Source: Christensenellaceae bacterium
GTDB lineage: Bacteria > Bacillota > Clostridia > Christensenellales > Borkfalkiaceae
Assembly: GCA_045536025.1 (NCBI GenBank)
Contig: JAZSMT010000034.1
Span: forward strand, 2,085-66,084
Direction: 5' to 3'
Length of the DNA stretch: 64,000 bases
In this document: positions 1 to 10,036 of the stretch, one piece after another
Layout: each line of letters opens with the position of its first letter
How positions within the stretch are numbered: position 1 is the first letter of the stretch
Made by a program: the position numbers and the translations under genes
Notes under the pieces: model-generated
What the model saw: only the letters and a program-made list of their open reading frames with translations
Databases searched by the model: none
What the model was told of the DNA's origin: nothing

Positions 1-165
1 AGCAACTAAGGTTACGCCTTGAACGTCGTCGATTATTTGAGTGTAAATGTGGTTAAGACTTCTGTAAACGCAGAGCCTTGGGCATTCAGCAGTGCCGGAT
101 ACCTTTTTTCTTACTCTTTTATGCCTGTTAATTCTATCGGCATTTTTATCAATTCTAGATATCAT
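1..165 (-). CDS. rplR: 50S ribosomal protein L18, N-terminal part (runs off window start)
   Basis: Not in ORF track because there is no stop in the window. Minus-strand ATG at 163-165 follows AAGGAG. Translation [47 protein letters not shown] matches the L18 N-terminus, and the position after rplF is as expected. Confidence 0.85.
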   Translation of the reverse strand, partial: MISRIDKNADRINRHKRVRKKVSGTAECPRLCVYRSLNHIYTQIIDDVQGVTLVA

Positions 166-178
166 ATCAAGTTACTCC

Positions 179-721
179 TTATTTACCCGCCGTCTTACCT
201 TCCTTACGCTCGATTACTTCGTCGCTTAAGCGAATACCGTAACCGTGATAAGGTTCAGGCTTTCTAATGGCTCTAATTTTTGCAGCTTCTGCGCCTACGA
301 GCTCTTTACTGATACCTTTAACGGTAATTTCAGTAGGAGAGGGACAAGCAAGCGTAATGCCGTCAACTGCCTTGAAATCAACAGTGTGGCTAAGACCTAC
401 CGATAAAACGATATCTTTACCGTTTTGAGTAACCTTCCAACCTACGCCGTTTACGATAAGGGTTTTAGTATAACCTGCCGTAACGCCCGTAACCATATTG
501 AAAAGTAAAGCTCTGTATAAACCGTGTTTAGACTTGGTAGTGTTTTCTTCGTTTTTACGAGAAACGATTGCCTCGCCGTTTTCAATTTTGATTTCAATAA
601 CTTTTCCGTCGTAATCTTGAGTAAGAGTTCCTAAAGGACCTTTTACCGTAATAAGATTTTCGTCGATTTTAATTTCTACACCTGCGGGGATTTTAACGGG
701 TGCTCTACCTATTCTTGACAT
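179..721 (-). CDS. rplF: 50S ribosomal protein L6
   Basis: 180 aa starting MSRIGRAPVKIPAGV, typical of L6; spc operon order. Confidence 0.95.
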   Translation of the reverse strand: MSRIGRAPVKIPAGVEIKIDENLITVKGPLGTLTQDYDGKVIEIKIENGEAIVSRKNEENTTKSKHGLYRALLFNMVTGVTAGYTKTLIVNGVGWKVTQNGKDIVLSVGLSHTVDFKAVDGITLACPSPTEITVKGISKELVGAEAAKIRAIRKPEPYHGYGIRLSDEVIERKEGKTAGK

Positions 722-736
722 AGTTTTAACCCTCCC

Positions 737-1129
737 TTACCAGATGTAAGCAAGAACTTCGCCACCGTGGTTAGCTTTTCTTGCTTCCTTATCAGTCATA
801 ACGCCCTTGGGGGTAGAGATGATTGCTACGCCTAAACCGCCGAGAACTTTAGGAAGTTCGTCGTGGCCTGCGTAAATTCTTAAACCGGGCTTAGAAACTC
901 TCTTAAGTCCGTTGATAACCTTTTCTCCGTTAGGACCGTATTTAAGCGTTATAACGATTTTATCTTGCACTTCTTGTTCTACGATTTCGTAAGAAGTGAT
1001 GTAACCTTCCTGCAATAAAAGTCTTGCTATTTCTTTCTTCATATTAGATGCAGGAACTTCAACCACGTCATGTTTAACGATGAGCGCGTTTCTGATTCTA
1101 GTGAGCATATCTGCTATTGGATCTGTCAT
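737..1129 (-). CDS. rpsH: 30S ribosomal protein S8
   Basis: 130 aa starting [15 protein letters not shown], typical of S8. Confidence 0.95.
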   Translation of the reverse strand: MTDPIADMLTRIRNALIVKHDVVEVPASNMKKEIARLLLQEGYITSYEIVEQEVQDKIVITLKYGPNGEKVINGLKRVSKPGLRIYAGHDELPKVLGGLGVAIISTPKGVMTDKEARKANHGGEVLAYIW

Positions 1130-1144
1130 TTTATGTTCCTCCTT

Positions 1145-1330
1145 TTACCAGCTTGACTTTTTAACGCCGGGAATTTGACCTTTATATGCTAAATTTCTAA
1201 AGCATATACGGCAAATGCCGTATTTACGAAGTACAGCGTGCGGACGACCGCAAATACTGCATCTCGTGTATGCCCTCGTTGAAAACTTGGGGGCTTTTTG
1301 TTGCTTGTTAATCATTGCTTTCTTTGCCAT
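1145..1330 (-). CDS. rpsN: 30S ribosomal protein S14 type Z (zinc form)
   Basis: 61 aa with CSICGR...CRICFR, the CxxC-CxxC zinc form. Confidence 0.93.
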   Translation of the reverse strand: MAKKAMINKQQKAPKFSTRAYTRCSICGRPHAVLRKYGICRICFRNLAYKGQIPGVKKSSW

Positions 1331-1349
1331 TACCGTAAATCTCCTTCAA

Positions 1350-1934
1350 TTAGGCTCTGAACGGCATACCCATTGCTTTAAGCAATTGATATGCTTCTTC
1401 GTCGGTTTTAGCGGTGGTTACGAAACAAATATCGAAACCTCTGATTTTCTCAACTTGGTCGTATTGAATTTCAGGGAAGATAAGTTGTTCTTTAATACCC
1501 ATCGCGTAGTTTCCTCTGCCGTCGAAAGACTTATCGGGAACACCCTTGAAGTCTCTAACGCGGGGAAGAGCAATTGAAACGAACTTGTCAAAGAACTGAT
1601 ACATTTTGTCGCCTCTCAAGGTAACCTTGATACCAACGGTCATACCCTCTCTTACCTTGAAGTTAGCAACTGATTTTTTTGCTTTGGTAAGAACGGGTTT
1701 TTGTCCGCTAATTAAAGCGAGTTCTTTTTCAACGTTTTGAACACTTTTAGCGTTGTCCTTAATATCGCCAAGACCACCGTTGATGGTGATTTTAACGAGT
1801 TTGGGAACTTGATTAACGTTTTTATAGTTGAAATGCTTCATAAGGTAAGGTACAACTTCACTTTTGTACGTATCTCTTACTCTGCAAACCGAATCGGTTG
1901 CAGCTACCTTAGCAACCTGAGTCTTTTCTGCCAT
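1350..1934 (-). CDS. rplE: 50S ribosomal protein L5
   Basis: 194 aa; AAGGAG 8 nt upstream of the ATG; L5-like core; operon order. Confidence 0.93.
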   Translation of the reverse strand: MAEKTQVAKVAATDSVCRVRDTYKSEVVPYLMKHFNYKNVNQVPKLVKITINGGLGDIKDNAKSVQNVEKELALISGQKPVLTKAKKSVANFKVREGMTVGIKVTLRGDKMYQFFDKFVSIALPRVRDFKGVPDKSFDGRGNYAMGIKEQLIFPEIQYDQVEKIRGFDICFVTTAKTDEEAYQLLKAMGMPFRA

Positions 1935-1954
1935 AATAAGTTCTCCTTATAATT

Positions 1955-2434
1955 TTAAGCGTTTTCCGCTTCTACCGTTTCTTCTTTAACGGCTTTCTTT
2001 CTCGTAGAAGTCTTCTTTACCGTTTCGGTTTTAACTTCTTCGGTTTCGGTTTTCTTTTTTCTAGTAGTTGCTTTTTTAGGAGCAGCTTCGTCTTTAACCG
2101 CCTTCTTAGTCGCTTTTTCAGGCTTTACGTCTAACGACGCACCGCACTTTTTGCAAACTCTAACCTTCTTGCCGTCAACCTCAGCGTGAGCAACTCTAGT
2201 TGCCTTGTTGCAAACGGGGCAAATTACTAAAACGTTAGAAGCGTCGATTGCGCCTTCCTTTTTAATAATTTGGCTGGTCTCGTTAGCCGTACGAGCTTTT
2301 TTGCTCTTAGATTGAACGTTTACACCTTCAACAACAACTCTGTTTGCCTTGGGCATAACTGCAAGAACTTTACCGGTTTTCTTTCTATCTTTTCCCGTAA
2401 GAACTACTACGTTATCGTTTTTCTTAACTTTCAT
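1955..2434 (-). CDS. rplX: 50S ribosomal protein L24 with Cys4 knuckle and Lys/Thr/Glu-rich C-terminal extension
   Basis: Start moved to MKVKKND (ATG 2432-2434, AAGGAG upstream). KOW motif GKDRKKTGKV. CPVC...CKKC spaced 19 aa. About 55 extra C-terminal residues, 159 aa total. Confidence 0.9.
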   Translation of the reverse strand: MKVKKNDNVVVLTGKDRKKTGKVLAVMPKANRVVVEGVNVQSKSKKARTANETSQIIKKEGAIDASNVLVICPVCNKATRVAHAEVDGKKVRVCKKCGASLDVKPEKATKKAVKDEAAPKKATTRKKKTETEEVKTETVKKTSTRKKAVKEETVEAENA

Positions 2435-2444
2435 ATCAATCTCC

Positions 2445-2813
2445 TTACAGTACTTCCGGTGCAAGAGAAATTATCTTGATAAATTCTCTTTCACGAAGTT
2501 CTCTCGCAACAGGTCCGAAAATACGGGTTCCTCTGGGCTGTTTATTGTTGTCGATAATAACTGCTGCGTTATCGTCAAATCTAATGTGAGTGCCGTCAGG
2601 TCTTCTTAAACCCTTAGCGCTTCTAACGATAACTGCCTTTACTACGTCGCCTTTCTTAACAGCGCCACCGGGAGTAGCGGTTTTAACACTTGCAACGATA
2701 ACGTCGCCAATGTTACCACATCTTCTGAAAGAACCGCCTAAAACTCTAATGCACATAATTTCTTTTGCGCCTGAGTTATCCGCAACTTTTAATCTGGTTT
2801 GTGGTTGTATCAT
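2445..2813 (-). CDS. rplN: 50S ribosomal protein L14
   Basis: 122 aa starting [17 protein letters not shown]. Confidence 0.96.
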   Translation of the reverse strand: MIQPQTRLKVADNSGAKEIMCIRVLGGSFRRCGNIGDVIVASVKTATPGGAVKKGDVVKAVIVRSAKGLRRPDGTHIRFDDNAAVIIDNNKQPRGTRIFGPVARELREREFIKIISLAPEVL

Positions 2814-2831
2814 TTTCGCTTCCTCCTCGTA

Positions 2832-3086
2832 TTACTTCGCCTTTTCAACGATTTCGGAAACTCTCCAGTTTTTGGTTTTGGAAAGTTTTCTGGTTTCAAC
2901 GATTCTTACTTTATCGCCGATACCGCACTCGTTGTTTTCGTCGTGCGCCTTAAACTTAATGGTTTTCGTCATGGTTTTCTTGTAAAGAGGATGTTTTCTC
3001 TTGTCGGTAACTTCTACTACGACGGTTTTATCCATCTTGTCAGAAACTACTAAGCCGACTCTTTCTTTTCTTAAATTTCTTTCCAT
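2832..3086 (-). CDS. rpsQ: 30S ribosomal protein S17
   Basis: 84 aa; S17-like, containing [15 protein letters not shown]. Confidence 0.93.
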   Translation of the reverse strand: MERNLRKERVGLVVSDKMDKTVVVEVTDKRKHPLYKKTMTKTIKFKAHDENNECGIGDKVRIVETRKLSKTKNWRVSEIVEKAK

Positions 3087-3103
3087 AATTAACTACTCCT
3101 CAA

Positions 3104-3298
3104 TTACGCCTTAATTTCTCTTTCACGAAGTACCGTCTTAACTCTTGCAATATCCTTTTTAACACCGCTTAAAACGTTAGGATTTTCAAGTTGACCGGTC
3201 GCGTGACGGAAACGAAGGTTAAATAATTCTTCTTTTAACGACGCGAGTTTTGCAACTAACTCGTCGTTAGTCATTTCTTTAATTTCTTTCGCTTTCAT
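3104..3298 (-). CDS. rpmC: 50S ribosomal protein L29
   Basis: 64 aa containing [16 protein letters not shown]. Confidence 0.93.
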   Translation of the reverse strand: MKAKEIKEMTNDELVAKLASLKEELFNLRFRHATGQLENPNVLSGVKKDIARVKTVLREREIKA

Positions 3299-3726
3299 TA
3301 ACCTTCACCGCCTTCTTGACTTTCTTTCTTAACGAACTTGGTCTTAATAGGTAACTTATGACCTGCAAGACGCATTGCCTCTCTTGCAATAGTTTCGTCA
3401 ACACCGGACATTTCGAACATTACTCTACCCGGTTTTACTACTGCTACCCAATACTCAACCGAACCTTTACCTGAACCCATTCTGGTTTCAGCAGGCTTTT
3501 GAGTGATGGGCTTGTGGGGGAATATGTCAATCCATACTTTACCGCCACGTTTGATAAATCTCGTCATTGCGACACGGGCTGCTTCAATCTGGTTGGAGGT
3601 AATCCAAGCAGGTTCCATAGCAACTAAACCGTATTGACCGTATGCTATGGTGTTACCCTTGTTAGCCTTACCAGTCATTCTGCCACGATGAACTCTTCTT
3701 CTTTTAACTCTTTTAGGCATCAACAT
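3298..3726 (-). CDS. rplP: 50S ribosomal protein L16
   Basis: 142 aa starting [17 protein letters not shown]. Confidence 0.95.
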   Translation of the reverse strand: MLMPKRVKRRRVHRGRMTGKANKGNTIAYGQYGLVAMEPAWITSNQIEAARVAMTRFIKRGGKVWIDIFPHKPITQKPAETRMGSGKGSVEYWVAVVKPGRVMFEMSGVDETIAREAMRLAGHKLPIKTKFVKKESQEGGEG

Positions 3727-3728
3727 AA

Positions 3729-4391
3729 TTAAGCTTCGCCTCCTTCGTTAGTCTTCTTTCCACCCAATACTTCGCCTTTGTATATCCATACTTTAATACC
3801 GATAATACCAAAGGTGGTGTGAGCTTCAGCCAAACCGTAGTCGATATCTGCGCGGAGAGTTTGAAGGGGAATTGAACCTTCGTGATATTGTTCAGAACGT
3901 GCAATTTCAGCACCGTCAAGTCTACCACTAACCATAATCTTGACACCTTTAACACCAAGTCTCATAGCTCTAGAGATAGCTTGCTTCATAGATCTTCTGA
4001 ACGAAGCTCTCTTTTCAAGTTGAGCCGCAACGCCTTCTGCTACAAGTTGAGCATCGCTATCGGGCTTCTTAACTTCTACGATATTGATTGCGATTTGTTT
4101 ACCTTTCGCAATTTTAGAAAGGTTTTGTTTCATTACTTCGATTTCTGCACCTGCTTTACCGATTAAAACGCCCGGTCTTGCAGTGAACACGGTGATTGCA
4201 ACCTTGTTAGCCGCCCTTTCGATTTTAATCGAAGAAACAGCTGCTTGGAAGTAGGTTTCTTTAACGTACTTTCTGAGCTCGTAATCTTCTTTAAGATTTA
4301 CGGAGAAAGCCTTTTTATCAGCATACCATTGGGTATCCCAATCTTTAATTATTCCGACTCTTAATCCGTGCGGATTTACTTTCTGTCCCAT
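3729..4391 (-). CDS. rpsC: 30S ribosomal protein S3
   Basis: 220 aa starting [14 protein letters not shown]. Confidence 0.96.
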   Translation of the reverse strand: MGQKVNPHGLRVGIIKDWDTQWYADKKAFSVNLKEDYELRKYVKETYFQAAVSSIKIERAANKVAITVFTARPGVLIGKAGAEIEVMKQNLSKIAKGKQIAINIVEVKKPDSDAQLVAEGVAAQLEKRASFRRSMKQAISRAMRLGVKGVKIMVSGRLDGAEIARSEQYHEGSIPLQTLRADIDYGLAEAHTTFGIIGIKVWIYKGEVLGGKKTNEGGEA

Positions 4392-4400
4392 AATACCCTC

Positions 4401-4790
4401 CTACTTCGCCATTACATCAAGAATAATCGTGATGTGACTGGTGCGCTTTAAAATTCTGAAAGCTCTGCCGTGAGCCATAGGTCTCATTCTCTTAAGAGTA
4501 GGACCTTGGTCAGCGTAAGCAACTGCAATCTTAAGGTCGTCTTTGTTCATACCCAAATTATTCTCTGCGTTAGCAGCAGCGGATAAAACAACCTTTTTGA
4601 TAGGTTCAGCGCCTGCTTTCGAGGTGTTTTCAAGTATTGCAACGGCATCGTTAACGCTTTTGCCTCTAATATTGTCAAGTACAACTCTTACTTTGTAAGG
4701 AGAAATTCTGACAAACTTCGCGGTTGCCCTAGCGCGTTTATCTTTATTTTCCTCAATACGTTGAGTTTTTAATTTCATATTCTTAGCCAT
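4401..4790 (-). CDS. rplV: 50S ribosomal protein L22
   Basis: 129 aa; L22-like core; operon order. Confidence 0.9.
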   Translation of the reverse strand: MAKNMKLKTQRIEENKDKRARATAKFVRISPYKVRVVLDNIRGKSVNDAVAILENTSKAGAEPIKKVVLSAAANAENNLGMNKDDLKIAVAYADQGPTLKRMRPMAHGRAFRILKRTSHITIILDVMAK

Positions 4791-4801
4791 TTCAATTCTC
4801 C

Positions 4802-5080
4802 TTATCTACCGCCGGTAGTCTTAGCGCCTGCGTGGCCTTTGAACGTTCTAGTGGGAGCAAACTCACCAAGTTTACAACCTACCATATCTTCGGTAATGTA
4901 AACGGGAACGTGCTTTCTACCGTCGTGCACAGCAATGGTATGACCTACCATTTGCGGGAATATCGTCGATGCTCTTGACCAGGTTTTAAGAACGGTTTTT
5001 TTGTTTTCCGCGTTAAGAGCTTCTACTCTTTTTAATAATCTTTCTTGGACGTAAGGTCCTTTTTTAACACTTCTACTCAT
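4802..5080 (-). CDS. rpsS: 30S ribosomal protein S19
   Basis: 92 aa starting [11 protein letters not shown]. Confidence 0.96.
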   Translation of the reverse strand: MSRSVKKGPYVQERLLKRVEALNAENKKTVLKTWSRASTIFPQMVGHTIAVHDGRKHVPVYITEDMVGCKLGEFAPTRTFKGHAGAKTTGGR

Positions 5081-5095
5081 TTATCGTTCCTCCCG

Positions 5096-5923
5096 TCAGT
5101 TAACTCTCTTTAAAATGAACTTATCGGTTCTGTTTTTCTTCTTTCTGGTCTTGTAACCAAGAGCAGGTTTACCCCAAGGAGTAACAGGGCCCGATCTACC
5201 GATAGGTGCTCTACCTTCACCACCACCGTGGGGGTGATCGCAGGGGTTCATTACCGAACCTCTAACGGTGGGTCTGATACCCATGTGTCTAACCTTACCA
5301 GCTTTACCAATTCTGATAATTTCGTGGTCGAGGTTACCAACCTGTCCGATAGTTGCTTTACATTTTACAAGGATAAGACGCATTTCACCACTAGGCATTT
5401 TAACTTGCGCATACTTATTGTCTTTAGCCATAAGTTGAGCAGCAACACCTGCAGATCTAACGAGTTGACCACCCTTGCCAGGTTGAAGTTCAATATTGTG
5501 AATCATCGTACCTACGGGGATATTCTCGATTGCGAGTGCGTTACCCGGCTTAATATCAGCTTTAGCACCGCTAAGGAGCTTATCGCCAACGGTTAAGCCT
5601 ACGGGAGCGAGAATATATCTCTTTTCACCGTCTGCATAGCACAAAAGTGCAATGTTAGCCGTTCTGTTGGGATCGTACTCGATAGTTTTTACAACTGCTA
5701 CGATATCGTCTTTATTTCTCTTGAAGTCAATGATACGGTATTTTCTCTTGTTACCGCCGCCGTGATGTCTTACGGTGATTTTACCTTGCGCGTTTCTACC
5801 CGCTTTGTGTTTCTGGTCTTCAAGTAAAGACCTTTCGGGAGTCGTACACGTAATTTCTTCGAAAGAACTTACCGTCATAAAACGACGTGCGGAAGAAGTA
5901 GGTTTATATCTCTTAATACCCAT
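5096..5923 (-). CDS. rplB: 50S ribosomal protein L2
   Basis: 275 aa containing [13 protein letters not shown]. Confidence 0.96.
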   Translation of the reverse strand: MGIKRYKPTSSARRFMTVSSFEEITCTTPERSLLEDQKHKAGRNAQGKITVRHHGGGNKRKYRIIDFKRNKDDIVAVVKTIEYDPNRTANIALLCYADGEKRYILAPVGLTVGDKLLSGAKADIKPGNALAIENIPVGTMIHNIELQPGKGGQLVRSAGVAAQLMAKDNKYAQVKMPSGEMRLILVKCKATIGQVGNLDHEIIRIGKAGKVRHMGIRPTVRGSVMNPCDHPHGGGEGRAPIGRSGPVTPWGKPALGYKTRKKKNRTDKFILKRVN

Positions 5924-5938
5924 TACTTAGTCCTCCTT

Positions 5939-6229
5939 TTAAGCTAACGAGTCGAAGAACTCGATGCTCTTGCTGTCTGCCTTAAGCTGAACGATAGCTT
6001 TTTTGTATGAAGGAGTGTAACCCTCGTATCTACCCATTCTCTTAAGCTTACCACGGCAGTTAGCAGTGTTTACGGAATCAACCTTAACGCCGAAAAGTTT
6101 TTCGATAGCGAGCTTAATTTCCGTCTTGTTTGCCTTTTTATCTACGATGAAAACGTATTTCTTCGTTGCAATATCAGCATAGCTCTTTTCAGTTAAAAGA
6201 GGTCTGATAATAATATCTCTTTCTTTCAT
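5939..6229 (-). CDS. rplW: 50S ribosomal protein L23
   Basis: 96 aa; L23-like; operon order. Confidence 0.9.
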   Translation of the reverse strand: MKERDIIIRPLLTEKSYADIATKKYVFIVDKKANKTEIKLAIEKLFGVKVDSVNTANCRGKLKRMGRYEGYTPSYKKAIVQLKADSKSIEFFDSLA

Positions 6230-6852
6230 TATTCTCCGTAAACCTCCTCTAATTTTTCAACGGCGCTCTTAGCAATTACAACTACTGCGTTTTTAACAAC
6301 TTCGTAGGTGCTTAAAGTATCAACCGAAATCGTAGAAAGTTCGGGGATATTTCTTGCTGCTCTTAAAACCTGAACGTCGTTGTCGCCCATTACCATTAAA
6401 ACGGTCTTATCAAACTTGAACGCGTCAAGGAAAGCTACCATTTCTTTGGTCTTGCCCGTTTCAACCGCTAAACTGTCGATAACGAACAACTGCTCGTCTG
6501 CAATCTTTTTAGAAAGTGCGCTGAAAAGTGCAACTCTCTTTGCGGTTATGTTCATCTTCTTAGAGAAATCTCTCGACTTGGGTGCGAATACTACGCCACC
6601 TTTGGTCCATTGAGGAGCTCTCGTCGAACCTTGACGTGCGCTACCCGTACCTTTTTGTCTATAAGGCTTCTTACCACCGCCTCTAACTTCCGATCTAGTC
6701 AAAGTGCTCTTGGTGCCTTGACGCTCGTTAGCAAGACGAGTAACTACTGCCTGATGAATTAAAGGTTCGTTATATTCAATAGCGAAGATTTCGCTAAGTT
6801 CCATCGAGCCGGTTTCTTGGCCTTTCATATTGTAAACTTTAATGCTTGGCAT
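6229..6852 (-). CDS. rplD: 50S ribosomal protein L4
   Basis: 207 aa containing [19 protein letters not shown]. Confidence 0.95.
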   Translation of the reverse strand: MPSIKVYNMKGQETGSMELSEIFAIEYNEPLIHQAVVTRLANERQGTKSTLTRSEVRGGGKKPYRQKGTGSARQGSTRAPQWTKGGVVFAPKSRDFSKKMNITAKRVALFSALSKKIADEQLFVIDSLAVETGKTKEMVAFLDAFKFDKTVLMVMGDNDVQVLRAARNIPELSTISVDTLSTYEVVKNAVVVIAKSAVEKLEEVYGE

Positions 6853-6863
6853 AATTGTCTCCT

Positions 6864-7496
6864 TTAGGCTTTAACGCTCTTCGATACCGTAACGATACCG
6901 CCTACTGCCCCAGGAATAGCGCCTTTAATTAAAAGCACGTTTCTCTGCGTGTCGACTTTCACGATTTCAAGGTTTTGAACGGTTACTCTTTCGTTACCGT
7001 ACTGACCGGGCATATGTTTGTTCTTAAATACTCTCGAGGGAGAGCTGTTTGCGCCCATAGAACCAACTTCTCTGTGAACGGGGCCGGTACCGTGAGTCAT
7101 TCTAAGCTTTGCTTGGTTCCATCTTTTGATTACGCCGGAGAAACCGTGACCTTTCGTCGTACCTGCTACGTCAACTTTGTCGCCTTCTGCGAAAACCTCA
7201 ACGGTTACCGCCTTGCCTACTTCGTAAGCCGAAAGGTCGTCAAATCTAAATTCTTTTAAAACTCTTTGGCAAGCAACGCCTGCTTTCTTGAATTGACCTG
7301 CTTCGGGCTTGTTGAGCGCGCCTTCTTTAACTTCGCCGAAACCGAGCTTAACTGCAGCGTAGCCATCTTTTTCAACCGTCTTAAGTTGAACGATCGGGCA
7401 CGGACCTGCCTCTACTACGGTTACGGGGATTACTTTTCCGTCAGCGGAAAAGACCTGTGTCATACCTAATTTTTTTCCAATGATTGCTTTATTCAT
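6864..7496 (-). CDS. rplC: 50S ribosomal protein L3
   Basis: 210 aa containing [12 protein letters not shown]. Confidence 0.95.
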   Translation of the reverse strand: MNKAIIGKKLGMTQVFSADGKVIPVTVVEAGPCPIVQLKTVEKDGYAAVKLGFGEVKEGALNKPEAGQFKKAGVACQRVLKEFRFDDLSAYEVGKAVTVEVFAEGDKVDVAGTTKGHGFSGVIKRWNQAKLRMTHGTGPVHREVGSMGANSSPSRVFKNKHMPGQYGNERVTVQNLEIVKVDTQRNVLLIKGAIPGAVGGIVTVSKSVKA

Positions 7497-7564
7497 CGAT
7501 AAAGTTCACCTCCAAATTATTTACAAATTTAATTGTATTGTTTTTTGCTTTAAAACCGTAAAAA

Positions 7565-7864
7565 TTACAGTTTAATCTTAACGTCTACGCCTGCGGGCAA
7601 ATGAATACTGTCAAGTATCTTTGCGTTAGTCGAATAGATGTCGATAAGTCTTTTGTGAGTTCTAATTTCGAACTGCTCTCTACTATCCTTGTACTTGTGA
7701 GGAGAACGTAAGATAGTTACGATTTCCTTTTCAGTAGGAAGGGGGATAGGTCCGCTTATTTTAGCGCCTGCTTTCTTCATCGTTTCAACGATTCTTTCAG
7801 TCGCTTGGTCAACCATCTTGTGGTCGTAAGCAGCCAACTTAATTCTGATTTTCTGACCTGCCAT
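7565..7864 (-). CDS. rpsJ: 30S ribosomal protein S10
   Basis: 99 aa containing [16 protein letters not shown]. Confidence 0.96.
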   Translation of the reverse strand: MAGQKIRIKLAAYDHKMVDQATERIVETMKKAGAKISGPIPLPTEKEIVTILRSPHKYKDSREQFEIRTHKRLIDIYSTNAKILDSIHLPAGVDVKIKL

Positions 7865-7938
7865 TTGTTTCTACTCCTTTTTTTATACTAACTAATAAAT
7901 GTAGTCAACATTGCCGTGTGTGTCGCACCCTATGACAT

Positions 7939-7977
7939 AAAAAAATCATTCGCTACTGTGTTTTTTGCTGCGAATGA
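7939..7977 (-). promoter_or_regulatory. Terminator-type hairpin inside the S10 operon leader (putative attenuator)
   Basis: Minus-sense UCAUUCGC-16 nt loop-GCGAAUGA followed by U7. It lies about 75 nt upstream of rpsJ and downstream of the promoter at 8128-8156. Confidence 0.6.
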
Positions 7978-8127
7978 CGTAGTTATCCCTGGGCACGGTT
8001 AGTCGCAAGAGTTAAACTCTCACATTTGTCAACGAAAATTATCTTCTTGAAATTTCAGCGATTTCCGGATTCGCTAAAACAAAGTTTAAGTAACTTTTCG
8101 TATCAACCCTATAAACACAGCGTGTCT

Positions 8128-8156
8128 ATAATAATATATTTTTCAGGTATTGTCAA
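8128..8156 (-). promoter_or_regulatory. sigma-A type promoter of the S10 operon
   Basis: Minus-sense TTGACA, 17 nt, TATTAT. Implies a leader of about 255 nt. Confidence 0.6.
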
Positions 8157-8200
8157 ACGATTTTGCGCTGTTTTTAAAAAAATTTTTTTGCTTAAAAAAG

Positions 8201-8229
8201 TTGATTTTTGAGCGAGTTTTAGGTATACT
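8201..8229 (+). promoter_or_regulatory. sigma-A type promoter of mgtE
   Basis: TTGATT, 17 nt, TATACT. Confidence 0.55.
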
Positions 8230-8235
8230 AAAATA

Positions 8236-8431
8236 AAAAAAGGAGGTGCGGTAACATGGGTAGTGACGCGAGTGGTCGAAGTACACAATATATAGTATTT
8301 TTATCTAACGTAACCGCATCTTTAGGCTCTTTTTAATACGTACGCGCGTACGCGTATCCGTATATATATTACTCTACCCGTCGGTTGCGTCGGGTTTTTT
8401 TGTTCAAAAAAATTAAAAGGAGTAATATAAT
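8236..8431 (+). promoter_or_regulatory. Structured mgtE 5' leader with intrinsic terminator (8376-8401); class unassigned
   Basis: Long-range helix AGGUGCGGUAAC (8243-8254) with GUAACCGCAUCU (8309-8320). 14-nt perfect palindrome CGTACGCGCGTACG. Hairpin ACCCG/CGGGU plus U7 just before the mgtE Shine-Dalgarno. Confidence 0.5.
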
Positions 8432-9862
8432 ATGGATATGAAAGACGTAAACGAAGTTATCGCAATTCCCGAAAAAAGAGATTACGAGAGTGAACTTCTT
8501 AAAATTATTAAAAGCAATTTAACAAAAGCTGAGCTTAAGGATAAACTTAGCGAGTATCACGACAACGATATTGCAAAGATTTTCCCCCTTATAACACCTA
8601 GCGAAAGAAAGAAGTTATATAAGGTTTTATCCGACGAAGAGATTTCGGATATATTTGCATATTTAGAGGACGCTAACGAATACGTTTCCGAACTCGGTAA
8701 CGAAAAGCTGGCTGACATTATCGAGGAAATGGACGCCGACGACGCTATCGACCTTCTTTCCGACCTTGAAGAAGATAAACGTCAAGACATTATAACGCTT
8801 ATCGAGCCCGAGGCAAAGGCAGACATTATACTTATCGACTCCTACTTAGAGGACCAAATAGGTAGTATAATGACTACCAACTTTATTTCCATCGATAAAA
8901 ACTTTACCGTTAAGCAAGCTATGCGTTCGGTTATAAATCAAGCGGCGGAAAACGACAACATCTCTACCGTTTACGCAGTGGAGGAAGACGGGCGCTTTTA
9001 CGGCGCGATTGAGCTTAGAGATTTGGTAATCGCAAGAGATACCACCCCCCTATCCGACATTATATCGACGAGCTACCCTTATTTTTACGCGCTTGAAACG
9101 ACGGCGGAGTGCATTGAACAGCTTAAAAACTATTCGGAAGACTCAATTCCCGTACTCAATAAAGAAAACAAGCTTATAGGTGTAATAACCTCTTCCGACC
9201 TAGTTGAGGCGGTTGACGAAGTTTTAAGTGACGACTATGCTAAACTTGCAGGTCTTACCAAGGAAGAAGATTTAGACGAGCCGGTATTTAAAAGTATCGG
9301 AAAGCGCATACCTTGGCTTATAATACTTTTAATTCTCGGCGTGGGCGTTTCGGCGGTAATTCAAAGTTTTCAAACGCTAATACCCACCTCACTTATAATA
9401 CTTTATACCTTCCAAAGCTTAATACTCGGTATGAGTGGTAACGCAGGCACACAAAGCCTAGCAGTAACGGTAAGGGTTTTGAGCGACGAGGAGCTTGACC
9501 GCAAGCAAAAGTTTAAGTTTATACTTAAAGAACTGCGCGTGGGATTTATGAACGGGCTTATCGTAGGAACACTTGCCTTTTTGATAATAGGAATTTACGT
9601 TCAATTCTTTGAGCCTACGTTCGTATCAAACTTTGGCGTATCGGGCTTTGCAGTATCAGCGTGTATAGGTATATCGCTACTTTTATCAATGGTGCTCGCA
9701 GGGCTTGACGGAACGCTTATTCCCATAATATTTAAAAAGATAGGCATTGACCCCGCTGTTGCATCAGGACCGCTAATTACCACGATAAACGATTTACTTG
9801 CCGTAATTATTTATTATAGCGTATCAATATTGATGCTAGTAACCCTACTCGGAATTGCATAA
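8432..9862 (+). CDS. mgtE: Magnesium transporter MgtE
   Basis: 476 aa: acidic N domain, CBS pair, C-terminal 5-TM domain with the GNAGTQS motif. Confidence 0.9.
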   Translation: MDMKDVNEVIAIPEKRDYESELLKIIKSNLTKAELKDKLSEYHDNDIAKIFPLITPSERKKLYKVLSDEEISDIFAYLEDANEYVSELGNEKLADIIEEMDADDAIDLLSDLEEDKRQDIITLIEPEAKADIILIDSYLEDQIGSIMTTNFISIDKNFTVKQAMRSVINQAAENDNISTVYAVEEDGRFYGAIELRDLVIARDTTPLSDIISTSYPYFYALETTAECIEQLKNYSEDSIPVLNKENKLIGVITSSDLVEAVDEVLSDDYAKLAGLTKEEDLDEPVFKSIGKRIPWLIILLILGVGVSAVIQSFQTLIPTSLIILYTFQSLILGMSGNAGTQSLAVTVRVLSDEELDRKQKFKFILKELRVGFMNGLIVGTLAFLIIGIYVQFFEPTFVSNFGVSGFAVSACIGISLLLSMVLAGLDGTLIPIIFKKIGIDPAVASGPLITTINDLLAVIIYYSVSILMLVTLLGIA

Positions 9863-9915
9863 AAAAAGCACGCTTTTCATATGGTTTTCCCTATAAGGAA
9901 TTTTTAGATATTATA

Positions 9916-9950
9916 AAAGGATAGCAAAATTTTGCTATCCTTTATCTTTT
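9916..9950 (+). terminator. Intrinsic terminator after mgtE
   Basis: AAAGGATAGCAA/TTGCTATCCTTT stem followed by a T-rich tract. Confidence 0.7.
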
Positions 9951-10036
9951 GCTTGGCAAAAACACACGACTTTCTTTTATAAGTATAGTGTACTATATTA
10001 ATCGCAAAATGAAAAGCGACTCCCTATTGTTTTCAT

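Noticed and set aside
1215-7469. Many 60-130 aa ORFs on the plus strand overlapping the S10-spc ribosomal genes (e.g. 1215-1577, 2590-2985, 5228-5596, 6975-7259).
   Set aside because: They are antisense shadow ORFs inside strongly supported ribosomal protein genes. They have no ribosome-binding sites and low-complexity or odd composition.
8026-8211. 61-aa ORF in the rpsJ-mgtE intergenic region.
   Set aside because: It lies across the S10 promoter and leader and the mgtE promoter, with no Shine-Dalgarno and AT-rich low-complexity translation.
8257-8337. The 26-codon ORF in the mgtE leader as a definite regulatory leader peptide.
   Set aside because: It has a good Shine-Dalgarno but no compositional bias (such as Pro codons) linking it to Mg2+ sensing, and its ribosome-binding site is predicted to be sequestered. 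It is kept only as a possibility within the leader finding.
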